In this document: piece by piece, positions 12,945 through 23,402 of the stretch
Numbering within the stretch: the stretch's first letter is position 1
Layout of the letters: every line of letters starts with the position of its first letter
From: Mesoplasma florum L1
GTDB lineage: Bacteria; Bacillota_I; Bacilli_A; Mycoplasmatales; Mycoplasmataceae
DNA length: 32,000 bases
Assembly: GCF_000008305.1 (NCBI RefSeq)
Contig: NC_006055.1
Coordinates: 750,001-782,000, forward strand
Reading direction: 5' to 3'
Notes under the pieces: model-generated
Database searches by the model: none
The model's input: the letters and a program-made list of their open reading frames with translations, nothing else
What the model was told of the DNA's origin: nothing
Made by a program: the position numbers and the translations under genes

Positions 12945-13628
12945 TTATATTTTTAAAGATTTTAAAATGGCTAAAATTTCTTCTTTTTCAGTATTTGCTT
13001 TTAATAAAGTTTCTTCATCAATCAAATATATTTGTTTGTTAATTAGATTACAATTTATAACAAAAAAACTTTGTAACTCAAAACCTGAAAATTTTACTTG
13101 TTTAAATCTTTCTTTTAGTAAATCATTATATAAAACAACTTGTAATGCTTCTTTGTTTTTAGCAAGTAATTTAGTTGTTTTTATATCTCCTATTACATAC
13201 TTTTTAAGCTTTGTATTTATTAATAACAAATCAAGTGTTCCAACGTATTCTTTTCCTATCATTGAAAGTTCGCTTATTATTTCTCATCCTTCAGATTCAG
13301 GATAGTCATTAGAAATTTTGTTTAAAACTCATAACAATCACTCTTTCATTTCAAAATGCGATTTGATCTCACAACAATTCTTAGTTACTTTTTCATTTAT
13401 AAAGTTTTCAGCAATTTTATGTAAATGTTTTCCTCTTGCAATTGCTAAATCTAATATTTGCTGACCTTCAGGTGTTTCGGCAAAAGATGTATCAAATACA
13501 TGATGAGGAAGTAAATCAATAAGTTTTGACACACTAGGTTTGTTAACTTCAATTCCATCTAAATAATATTTGTGAGTTAACTCTTCAATTAAAATATTTC
13601 TTTCTAGAATTTTTTTTACTTTTTTCAT
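12945..13628 (-). CDS. PD-(D/E)XK nuclease superfamily-like protein
   Basis: 227 aa after joining ORFs 13338..13628 and 12945..13262 through TGA=Trp; motifs GTLDLLLINTKLKKYVIGDIKTTK (D...DxK) and ALQVVLYNDLL (QxxxY), as in RecB/Cas4/phage-exonuclease folds. Confidence 0.65.
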
Positions 13629-13696
13629 TACACACCACCTTTAAACATTATTATACAAAAAAGATTAAAATATATAAAAACAAGGAAGTAAACTAA

Positions 13697-14392
13697 ATGC
13701 AAAAATACATAAAAAATTTTAAAGTTTCATTTTTAAATGATGCTAACAGTTATTTAATTGTTAATGAAATATCTAAAAAAGCAATATTAATTGATGGCGG
13801 TTACAATGCAAATTTAATATTAAATTATTTAATAAATAACAATTTAGATTTAACAGATATTTTTATTACACACTTTCACCATGATCATATTGTTGGTCTG
13901 GACTACATCTCTATACAAACAAACGCTAATATTCATATACATGAATATGATTTCGAATATTTATTTGACGTCAATGTAAATGGAACTCAAAATGGTCAAA
14001 AAGTTGATTTTACTAATCAGAAGATTTCATTTAAAGTATTTGATAAAAATTTAAAGTTAACAATTAATGATTTCTTAATAAATGTTATACATAAAGGCGG
14101 TCATTCTAAAGGAACTACATTTTACGAGGTAGATAACCAATATTTATTTGTGGGAGATACGCTTTTTATTGATGGATTTGGATATCATAAAAAACTTTTT
14201 AGTGACGCAGTCAACCACCCTTTAAAGAATATGTTTGATAAGACTTGTAATGATGAAATATTTTTTGAGTCCATAAAATCTATTGGTAACGAATTTAGTG
14301 AACATTTAATTTATCCTGGTCACTGAAAAGAAGGTTTTAAAATAAAAGAGATTATTGCGAACAATAATCATCCTTTTAATAAATTAAAATAA
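13697..14392 (+). CDS. MBL-fold metallo-hydrolase
   Basis: IFITHFHHDHIVG (HxHxDH-type), GGHSKGTTFY, LFVGDTLF, YPGHW (TGA=Trp). Confidence 0.92.
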
Positions 14393-14405
14393 GTGTTATC
14401 ATACT

Positions 14406-14438
14406 ATAAAAAAAGATGTGTACTCACATCTTTTTTAT
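14406..14438. terminator. Terminator hairpin between the MBL hydrolase and the convergent membrane protein
   Basis: aaaaaagatgtg-tact-cacatctttttt. Confidence 0.85.
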
Positions 14439-15022
14439 TATCTTAATTTCTTAGGTATAAATATAACTAAAAGTCCAGCTACACAAATTAAAATTAATAT
14501 TCCTGAAAATGCTCCCATATCAAAAATTTGAGATGCTGATGTATAAATATCTTGCCCATTTGAATTTGTTATACTATTTGTTATATTAGTAAATTTAAGA
14601 ACAAAAAATACTATAGAAACTAAAACTAAAATAACTCCCACAAAAGCAAATAATCTTGACACTAAAAATATTTTATTATTTCCTTTTTCTTCCTTAACTT
14701 CAATAAAGCTTGTTAATAAAGGAATGAGTGCTGAAAGAAAACTTATTGTTAATCCAGCAACTAAAAGTCCATAAGTGTCATGATATAAAACATTATAAGG
14801 AGACACTAAATTAAGTGAATTATTAATTTGCTCATTGATCAAAGCTATTTTTGATAGATTTATTACGTTTAAGTAATATAAATCATTTTCTCCATAATAA
14901 ACTTTTTGTCTTAAACCTATTCCTTCAACAGCAGCTATTAATAAGCAACTAACTGTAATTATTACAAACATATTTAAAAAAACATTTTTATGTTTATTAA
15001 ATCATTCATTTTTTATTATCAT
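14438..15022 (-). CDS. Hypothetical membrane protein (about 4 TM)
   Basis: Code-4 reading MIIKNEWFNKHKNVFLNMFVIITVSCLLIAAVEGIGLRQ...; strongly hydrophobic segments; AGAGG SD. Confidence 0.7.
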
Positions 15023-15063
15023 ATGATCCTCTTTTCTATTTGAATTATACAATATATATTATT

Positions 15064-16458
15064 TTATTTTTTAAATTTAGATTTTATTCATTCTATGCAC
15101 ATAAAACCTTCATTTAATTTTGTCGGTAATATTAAATTTAAAATTATACCTATAAATGCAGCTAGCCCTAATCCAGGTAAATTGAATGAACCTATGTCTA
15201 TTCCTTCACCTAATACGCTAAGAACAACTCCAATTACTAATACTGTAGCTGATATGAATACATTTCTCATATTCATAAAATCTGTTTTACTTGTTATCAT
15301 TATTCTTACACCATTAATACTTATAAATCCAAACATAATCATTCCAACACCACCCATTACAGGCTCTGGTAGCATTGATATTGTTTGGTTAACTGGTGCA
15401 ACAAATGATAAAATTATAGCTATTACTGCGGCTCCACCAGTTACTCACACAGATGCAACCTTTGTCATACCAATAACCGCTGTATTTTCACCATAAGTAG
15501 TGTTTGGTGGGCCACCAACTAAACCATCAAATACTATAGAAACACCATCTGCAATAAGTGTTCTATGTATACCAGGGTCTTTTACAAAATCTTTTTTAGT
15601 TATGTATCCCATTGCTATATGATCGCCAATATGTTCTGCCATTGCAATTATTGCTAATGGTGATATTGCTAATATCGCTGGCAATATATTTTTGGCTTCT
15701 TGTTTTCATAATGGTTTGAATGAAGGATATCATTCTCACTGAGATACATCTGTTATTTTTGTTGTATCTATTAATGTTGAATTTTTCATTGAAAAATGAA
15801 TAATCAAACTTAAAACGAATCCTGATAATATTCCAATCATAACCGGAATAACTTTTGCTATCCCTTTAGCTTTCAATGTTACTATAATAGTCACCATAAA
15901 AGTAAATACTGCTATTAGTGCTGCAATTCATTGTGCATATCCCTTTGCTGAATCACTCCAACTTTTTGCACTTGTTATACCCGCATTAGCTAATGCAGAA
16001 GGTGCTGCGCTTAATCCAATTATCATTATTAAAGGTCCTATAACAATTACAGGAAATATTTTTTCAATAAAACCAGTACCTAAATAATATACTAATATCC
16101 CAAATAATATATAAATCAGTCCAGCAACCATTATAGCCACAAATACTGAATTTCCATATGCTTGATAATTCATTCCGATCGCTGTCATATACGCAAACGA
16201 ACTACCTAAATACATTGGCACTTTTGCTTTTGTTAAAGCAATATATATTAATGTTCCAACACCAGAACAAAATAATGCCATTGAAGAAGTCATTACAACC
16301 TCTTTAGCAAGTCCATTTATAATAATGGGAACAAGCACTGTTGATCCAAACATAGCAAACACATGTTGAATAGAAAATATAAATCATTGTCCATAACTTT
16401 TTGGCTTTTCTCTCGGCTCTAAAGCAAGACCTATTTCTTCTTGTTTTAACTCTTTCAT
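15064..16458 (-). CDS. Uracil permease, NCS2 family
   Basis: QHVFAMFGSTVLVPIIIN...; ...VFDGLVGGPPNTTYGENTAVIGMTKVASV...PEPVMGGVGMIMFGFI; code-4 reading with three track ORFs joined; closest by motif to UraA/PyrP. Confidence 0.9.
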
Positions 16459-16479
16459 TTTCCCCTCTTTCCGTTTTTA

Positions 16480-16514
16480 CAAAAAAAATAATCGTCTATA
16501 AAAGACGATTATTT
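16480..16514 (-). terminator. Intrinsic terminator/attenuator in the uracil permease leader
   Basis: Perfect 11-bp stem aataatcgtct/agacgattatt, 5-nt loop, followed on the minus strand by 8 T; ends about 22 nt before the permease ATG. Confidence 0.9.
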
Positions 16515-16580
16515 GGTTGTTAAAAACTTGTTTTCGATTATTGGTGGATTTTTTAAAAAATGTTTAATTAATTTTTTCAT
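16509..16580 (-). CDS. Putative 23-aa leader peptide MKKLIKHFLKNPPIIENKFLTTK upstream of the uracil permease
   Basis: GGAGGTG SD 6-8 nt before ATG; TATAAT at 16616-16611; stop codon inside the 5' arm of the terminator stem. Confidence 0.6.
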   Translation of the reverse strand: MKKLIKHFLKNPPIIENKFLTTK

Positions 16581-16610
16581 AAAAAACACCTCCAACAAAT
16601 CTTAAAATTT

Positions 16611-16616
16611 ATTATA
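16611..16616 (-). promoter_or_regulatory. Candidate -10 box for the uracil permease transcript
   Basis: TATAAT on the minus strand in the gap behind the metallopeptidase stop. Confidence 0.5.
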
Positions 16617-16636
16617 GTTTATTTAAAATAAAAAAT

Positions 16637-17329
16637 CTATATTCCTGTTGAATTTAATTGAGTTTGCAATTCTTTATAATTTGGGCAATACCTTTCAACA
16701 AAATGTCAAAATTCTTTTGAATGATTTGGGTGTAAAATATGTGTTAACTCATGAATGATAACATAACTAATGATTTCATCATTAAAATGCAATAATTTTG
16801 TGTTGTACGCTATTTTAGAATCTTTAGGCAAACAATATCCTCATTTAGCCTTCATAAGTTTAACATTGACATTTCTAAATTGAACATTCATTTTCAAGCT
16901 TCAATCAATTGTTCTTGAAATGAATCAATTTTTATAATGTTTAGCTAAAATACTATAAAGCTTTTTAACTTGTTCTTCTTGGTTAAAATAATTTTTCATA
17001 TAAATCTTATTGTTTTCAATTTTAGATCTTGTTAAATTTTCATCTATTATTATTTCCATCTCTTGGTCAAAAACTTTAACTCAAGGTTTTAAAGTATTGA
17101 AATCATATACTGATGCAATTATATGCTTATTTTGAACTGAAACTATTTTTGAAATATTTTTATAAATAATTTTTTCAATTTCTCAATCAGGTGTATTAAA
17201 AGGTGCACTAATTCTAACTTCGCCTTGTATAACTCTTAAAATGATGTGTTTCTGTTCTTTATATGTAATTGTATAGCTTAAATTATTGCCTTGATAAGAC
17301 AACGTTTTTTTAATTTTTAAACTAGACAT
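16637..17329 (-). CDS. YgjP-like (DUF45) M48-type metallopeptidase
   Basis: Code-4 reading [53 protein letters not shown]...[60 protein letters not shown]; absent from the track because of its many TGA=Trp codons. Confidence 0.88.
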
Positions 17330-18416
17330 TAAATTTAAAGAAACAAACATCACCGTCTTGCATTATGTAACCTTTACCTTCAAGACGCATTTTTCCAGAT
17401 TCTTTAACTTTCTTTTCATCCCCTAATTCAATAAGGTCTTGAACATTATAAATATCTGCTTTAATGAATCCTCTTTCAAAGTCAGTGTGTATTACACCAG
17501 CACATTGAGGTGCTGTTCATCCTTTTTTATATTGTCAGCTTCTAGCTTCTTGTGGTCCTGCTGTAAAATATGTTTCTAAGTCTAGTGCTTCATATGCCGC
17601 TTTTATAACTTGTTCTAAACCAGAATATTTAACACCTAAGTCATTTAAAAACTCAGCCTTTTCTTCAGGTGTTGCTTCACTTAAATCTTCTTCAATTTTG
17701 GCACAAATTTTTACAACTGAAGCGTTATTATTTAAAGCAAATTCTTTAACTTGTTTAACATATTCATTGTCTTCAATTAATTCATCATCATTAACATTAG
17801 CAACATAAATGAAAGTTTTTGCAGTTAAGAATTGGAAACCTTTAAGAATTTTATCTTCTTCATCATTTAATTCTAATGTATTTAAAAGTTTATTTGAATC
17901 TAAACATTCAGCAGCCTTTTTTAGAACTTCCATTTCAGCTACTAAAGTTTTATCTCCACCACGAACCTTTGGAGTTATTCTTTCAATACGTTTTTTAATT
18001 GTAGCTTCATCAGATAACATTAATTCTAAGTTTATGATTTCAATATCTCTTATAGGGTCAACGCTTCCTTCAACGTGTGTTATATCTTTATTTTCAAAAC
18101 ATCTAACAACTTCACAAATTGCATCAGTCTCTCTAATGTTAGCTAAAAATGCATTACCCAAACCTTCACCTTTTGATGCTCCTGCAATTAAACCTGCAAT
18201 GTCAACAAATTCAATTGTCGTAGCTATTTTTTTCTTTGAATTAAATATTTCATTAATTTTATCTAATCTTTCATCTGGAACTTCAACAACACCTACGTTT
18301 GGTTCTATTGTTGCAAATGGATAATTTGCTGCTTCTACATTTGAATTTGTTATTGCATTAAATAAAGTTGACTTACCTACATTTGGTAAACCTACTATTC
18401 CTACTTTTAAACTCAT
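17322..18416 (-). CDS. ychF: Redox-regulated ATPase / Obg-like GTPase YchF
   Basis: [51 protein letters not shown]; C-terminal TGS domain ...[49 protein letters not shown]. Confidence 0.97.
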
Positions 18417-18417
18417 C

Positions 18418-18615
18418 TTATTCTCCTTCTTTTTTTATTATTTGTTTTATTTGTTTATCTAAAACACTTCTTCTTAATTCTATAAATAAATCAAACTTGT
18501 CAGTACTTTTAAATTTGTATAGCGCACCAATGCGAATTAGTTCTCATTTTACAGTTCCACTTGGGTGCGATTTTTTAAAGACAACTAAATCACCGATTTG
18601 TAATTCTGTATGCAT
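18418..18615 (-). CDS. DUF951-family small protein
   Basis: MHTELQIGDLVVFKKSHPSGTVKWELIRIGALYKFKSTDKFDLFIELRRSVLDK...; conserved KxHPxG...W motif; between rsmG and ychF. Confidence 0.8.
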
Positions 18616-19319
18616 TATTTTTTACCGCTCTCTTTAACTATTTTTGCATATTCTCTTGGATAAAGTTCTGGAGTTGATTTTTCTTTTTCATAAAATAAAT
18701 TTATTCTTTCTCCGAAACCTGTATCAGCAAGAGACTGTTTATTAGTTAATTTTATTTTAAGTTTTTGATCAATATTTTTTGAGTTTTTTATTTCCTCATC
18801 AGCTCTTGGTCCTTTTAACAAAATTAATTTTCCTTGAATCTTTAAGAATCTAACGGCTAATTCTAAAATCACATCCAAATATGCAACAGCTCTAGAAATT
18901 GCTATATCATATTTTTCGTTTTCAATTCTAGCCAATTCTTCTGCTCTTGCATGTTTTGCTTCAATTTGTTTTAGATTCAGTTTTTTAATTACAATGTTAA
19001 GAAAATTTATTTTTTTATTATTTGAATCAATTAGAGTAATATCTGTTTCAGGAAAAAATATTTTTAAAACTATTCCTGGGAAGCCAGGCCCTGTTCCAAT
19101 ATCTATAATTTTTTGATTATCAATTTTTGTTTCCTTTGTAAATAATAAAGAATCTAAAAAATGTTTTTCATAAACATCTTCTTCATTTGTTATTCTTGTT
19201 AAATTATATTTTAAGTTTTCTTCAACAAGTATTTTATAATACTCATTTAATTTATCTTTTATTTCTTCTGATGGAACAAAGCCTAAATTGTCTTCAAAAA
19301 TTTTTCAATTATTAAACAT
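18615..19319 (-). CDS. rsmG: 16S rRNA (guanine527-N7)-methyltransferase
   Basis: Code-4 reading MFNNWKIFEDNL...YNLTRI...HFLDSLL...IDIGTGPGFPGIVLKIFFPETDITLIDSNNKKINFL...ARAEELA...ISRAVA; TAATG overlap with the DUF951-like gene. Confidence 0.93.
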
Positions 19320-19387
19320 TGTTCACATCTCCTTTTCTTCTTTTAACTTAAATTATTATAGCACATACCTTCTTTTTAAGATTGCTA

Positions 19388-19415
19388 AATAAAAAGGAAC
19401 ATAAGTTCCTTTGTT
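19388..19415 (-). terminator. Intrinsic terminator after pgsA
   Basis: Minus strand AAAGGAAC-TTAT-GTTCCTTTTTATTT. Confidence 0.8.
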
Positions 19416-19417
19416 TA

Positions 19418-20035
19418 CTAAAATAAATTTTTTCTTGCTTTTAAGAAATAATCCAAACCACTATATAAACTGAAAGCTACAGCTATATACATTGGAATTA
19501 AAATCAATTGTTCTTGTCAAACTTCTATATTAAGAGTAAATGAGCTAAAAAAGAATAAGATTGATAATCCAATCATTTGGAAAACTGTTTTTAATTTTCC
19601 AAAAATTCCTGCAGATAAAGTTATATTTTTTGAACTCAATATCATTCTAATAAAATCTACAAATATATCTCTTAGGATTAAGACTAAAGTTACTCAAACA
19701 GGTATTATAGAAATACTTGAAGCGAATAAAATTAAAGTTGCATTAACAAGAAGTTTGTCTGCTATTGGGTCAAAGAATTTCCCAAATTCTGTAACTTGAT
19801 TATTCTTTCTAGCTAAGTATCCATCTAAAAAATCTGTGAAACTTGCTACGATGAATACAATACCAGCTAATAGCATTGTTAATGTTATATGGAATGTTGA
19901 AGTGTCAGTTCCAATTATAAAACTTTTATCTCAATCACAAATGTTTGATATAACAAGCATAACAACAACAGGAACTAAAAGTAATCTTATTAGAGTTAAT
20001 CAATTAGGTAGATTTAATTTTTGTTTTTGTTTCAT
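19418..20035 (-). CDS. pgsA: CDP-diacylglycerol--glycerol-3-phosphate 3-phosphatidyltransferase
   Basis: MKQKQKLNLPNWLTLIRLLLVPVVVM...TDFLDGYLARKNNQVTEFGKFFDPIADKLLV (CDP-alcohol phosphatidyltransferase motif DG..AR...G..D...D). Confidence 0.93.
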
Positions 20036-21650
20036 TGTTTATTTCTCTAAGTTCTTGGGCTTCTTTGGCTGCCATTCAGTTATTAACTTTCATGTCTTTA
20101 TCAATTTCGCCTTCAAATCCATTTTCAAATGGATTTATTTTGAACATTCTTTCTTGTAATAATCATATAACAATTGTCGCTAATAAAGTAACGATGAAAA
20201 TAATTGTAAACATCATTCCGCCATTTGTTTTTCAATTCATGTCAGATGAATCAATTAATTGAGGTGCTAAGAAAACAATTAATCCACATATTGTAAAGAA
20301 TAAGAATAATGTTGTTGAAATGATTGCTGAAGGTCAAAAGAATTTAACTTTACTTACTTTTACTTTTTGAGTTTTTCTATTTCACATTGCTGCAATCATT
20401 AACATTGATATAACAATAAATATTAGAACTACACAAACTGATGACATTATTCCTACATAGAACATAGGAGATGTTAAATAAGCAATGTAAATTACTTTTT
20501 GAGTTTCAGGATCAAAGAAATTTATGTTTACATTTGTTGACATACCCGCTCATTTTCCATGAGATGAAAGACCACCTACTAAAATTAACGCAACATAAAA
20601 AGTTACTGATATAGCCATTTGTGTAAAAGCTGATTTTTTAAATCCATTACCACCTTTTCTTAAATATGTTAATTTCATATTATGATCTGATAGTAAATTA
20701 GACGTTCCAAAATGTGTAAACATATTTATATTTAGTAAGCATATTAAAAACATTATTAAGTAAACAACTGTACTTGCAGCTTTTATTGATGTGTCTGATG
20801 GGTGTTCACTGAAACCTGAAAATACTTGTATCAAAACAGTTTCAACACTTCCATCACCACCTAAAAATAAGGATATAGCCATTAAAACATAAAACATTGT
20901 TATGAATATTAATCCTGAAATAATCGCGATTGGTACAACTTCTTTGTTTTTAGCACTCTTTTGAGTGTTAGCTGTAAAAATATAGCCATCAAATGAAAAA
21001 AGTATAGCTCCCATTCCCCCTAAAAAGTTCATGAAAAGTAAATCTGTTCCACTATCCATTCCCATTCCATTACCTTTGGGATTTGAACCTAATATTGCAA
21101 TTAAAAATCCTGCAAAAAAAGCTATTATTAAAGGTATGAATTTAATAAACATTGCAAAAAATTGCATCTTTCTTGAAATATTTGCTGAATACACATTCAC
21201 AAAAGCAAATAGTACAAATAGTGAAACTCCCACAAGTATGTAAACACTCAATAAAGCTTTCGGATCTGGAGTTATTCCTGTGAAAGCAAAAAAGTAGGCA
21301 ATAGTTAAGCTTACAAATATTGATTGATAAGCTGGCATATAAATAGTTGTATATAATACAGAAACAAATGACGCAAATTTTCTATTTATGAATAATTTAC
21401 ATCAGTTGCTTACTGTTCCGTTTCCTTCTTTTTCAGTTGATTTTGCTATTTCCATAAAAACTACAATTGAAATAACACATACTAGTCCAATTGTTAGTCA
21501 TAACACAGTAGCTATTCAAGGACTCTTTGTTTGGCTTATTAGTTCTTGGTTTTTAACATAAATTCCTGAACCAATACAAATTCCTACAATAAGTAAAAAT
21601 AAGTATCAAAATTCATAAACCTTAGAACTTTTATCTCTTTTTTTAAACAT
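20004..21650 (-). CDS. APC-family amino acid permease
   Basis: Code-4 reading MFKKRDKSSKVYEFWYFYLLLIVGICIGSGIYVKNQELISQT...; around 12 hydrophobic segments; C-terminus overlaps the start of pgsA by 32 nt. Confidence 0.85.
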
Positions 21651-21725
21651 CGATTTTTTCTCTTTCTTTTTTAAGTTAGTTATAAAAAAATATATCAAAA
21701 AAATAGAGGCAAAACAAGTCCAAGT

Positions 21726-21756
21726 AAAAAGACACATATAAATGTGCCTTTAAAAA
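21726..21756 (-). terminator. Intrinsic terminator after deoD
   Basis: Minus strand AGGCACAT-TTAT-ATGTGTCTTTTTAC. Confidence 0.75.
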
Positions 21757-21766
21757 GTATTATTTT

Positions 21767-22474
21767 TTAGTTAGATTCAACAGCAGCATCTAAAGCAATT
21801 TCAACCATTTGCATAAAATTGTTTTGTCTTTCTTCGGCTGTCGTAACCTCTTTTGTTACCAAGTTATCTGATATTGTTAATAAACATGCAGCTTGTTTTT
21901 TAGCTTTTATTGCATTTGCAAATAAAGCAACAGATTCCATTTCAACAACATCTAAATTGTTTTCTTTTACAAATTCAGTAATATCATCATGACGGTAAAA
22001 TACATCTGCTGAATGTGCTCTTCCAGTTAATGTTTTAATTTTTTTATCTTTAGCAATTTTTTCAATCAATGAATAAAGTTTATCTCCTGCTTTAATAACT
22101 TTATCATCAATATTTGCTGCTAATTTAGCATAGTTACTATCTCCATATGCTTCTTTTACATTGTAAACATCATAAACTTTGATTTCTTCTTTGTAACTTC
22201 CAGCTGAACCAATTCTAATAATGTTTTCTACATTATAAAAATTGAATAGCTCATATGAATATATTCCAATACTTGGGCAGCCCATTCCGCTTCCTGCTAT
22301 TGTTACTTGTATACCTTTATATGTTCCTGTGTACATGAACATATTTCTAACTTCGTTAACTAACTTAACATTTTCTAAATATGTTTCAGCAATTTTCTTA
22401 GCTCTTAATGGGTCTCCTGGCATTAAAACAGTTTTTGCAATATCTTCTTTTTTTGCACTAATGTGTGGTGTCAT
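21767..22474 (-). CDS. deoD: Purine-nucleoside phosphorylase (DeoD type)
   Basis: MTPHISAKKEDIAKTVLMPGDPLRAKKIAETYLENVKLVNEVRNMFMYTGTYKG...GSGMGCPSIGIYSYEL...RIGSAGS...VVEMESVALFANA. Confidence 0.96.
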   Translation of the reverse strand: MTPHISAKKEDIAKTVLMPGDPLRAKKIAETYLENVKLVNEVRNMFMYTGTYKGIQVTIAGSGMGCPSIGIYSYELFNFYNVENIIRIGSAGSYKEEIKVYDVYNVKEAYGDSNYAKLAANIDDKVIKAGDKLYSLIEKIAKDKKIKTLTGRAHSADVFYRHDDITEFVKENNLDVVEMESVALFANAIKAKKQAACLLTISDNLVTKEVTTAEERQNNFMQMVEIALDAAVESN

Positions 22475-22502
22475 AATAATTCCTCTTTTTTCTAATATTA
22501 TT

Positions 22503-23402
22503 TTATCTTAAAGTTTTATCAAATGGTACACCACTTGCTTGTGGCGGTGATGATCATTTTGATGCAATAACCATTACAACAATTGACATGATGAATGGAA
22601 GTGCTCTTGGCAATGAGTTTCATCCCGTAATTCTTTGACCTATACTAAACATTATTGAAAATATTATACAGAACATAACAATTAGGCTCACTCTTCATTG
22701 ACCAATTATCATAATAGCTAATGCAATAAACCCTAATCCTTGAACACTTCCATTAAAATTTTGAAGTGATTGGGTAACAACAAACATTGTTCCTGCTAAA
22801 CCAGCTATAGCACCTGAAATAATTATACAAACAAATCTATATCTATTAACTTTAACACCTGCTGCATCTAAAGCTTGTGGGTTTTCCCCAGCAGCTATAT
22901 GCCTTGTACCTACTTTTGTAAAAGTAAAATATAAACCTATTGTAACAGTTACTAGCATTGTAAATATGGCATAAGCAATAAAGTAATTTAATGATATTAG
23001 CTTAGGGCTTAGCGAACCTAAAATAGTTCCACCAGTTCCGAATCCTTGAATATGAACAATAAATAATGCAATACCTTGAGCTAATAAATTAATTACTGTA
23101 CCAGAAATAATTTGATCTGTTTTTAATTTTAAAACCATTAATGTTTGTAACAATGAAAATAAACCTGCAACAACCATTGAGAATAGCGCACCAATTAATA
23201 AGTATAAGACATGTAAGTCTTCAACGTTATTTGATGTTTTTTTAACCATAAAGCAAAATGACACGTATGCCAAAGCCCCGATTGTCATAAAACCTTCAAT
23301 CCCAAGGTTTACAACCCCTGATCTTTCAGAAAACATTCCTGATATAGCGGCTAATGTGAAAACAACAAAAAATCCTAACGCTAAACTAAATATTGCTTCC
23401 AT
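22503..23402 (-). CDS. Nucleoside ABC transporter permease (BMP/YufQ type)
   Basis: SERSGVVNLGIEGFMTIGA...AAGENPQALDAAGVKVNRYR...AGLAGT...GLGFIALAIMIIGQW; code-4 extension to TAA 22503-22505. Confidence 0.9.

Noticed and set aside
15064-15090. Early stop of the uracil permease at 15088
   Set aside because: It is TGA (Trp); the ORF continues to TAA at 15064-15066, adding a short C-terminal tail.
20004-20035. 32-nt overlap between the APC permease end and the pgsA start as a possible frameshift or fusion
   Set aside because: Both termini read sensibly (NLPNWLTLIRLL for pgsA; KVNNWMAAKEAQELREINNETKTKIKST for the permease). Small overlaps are common here.
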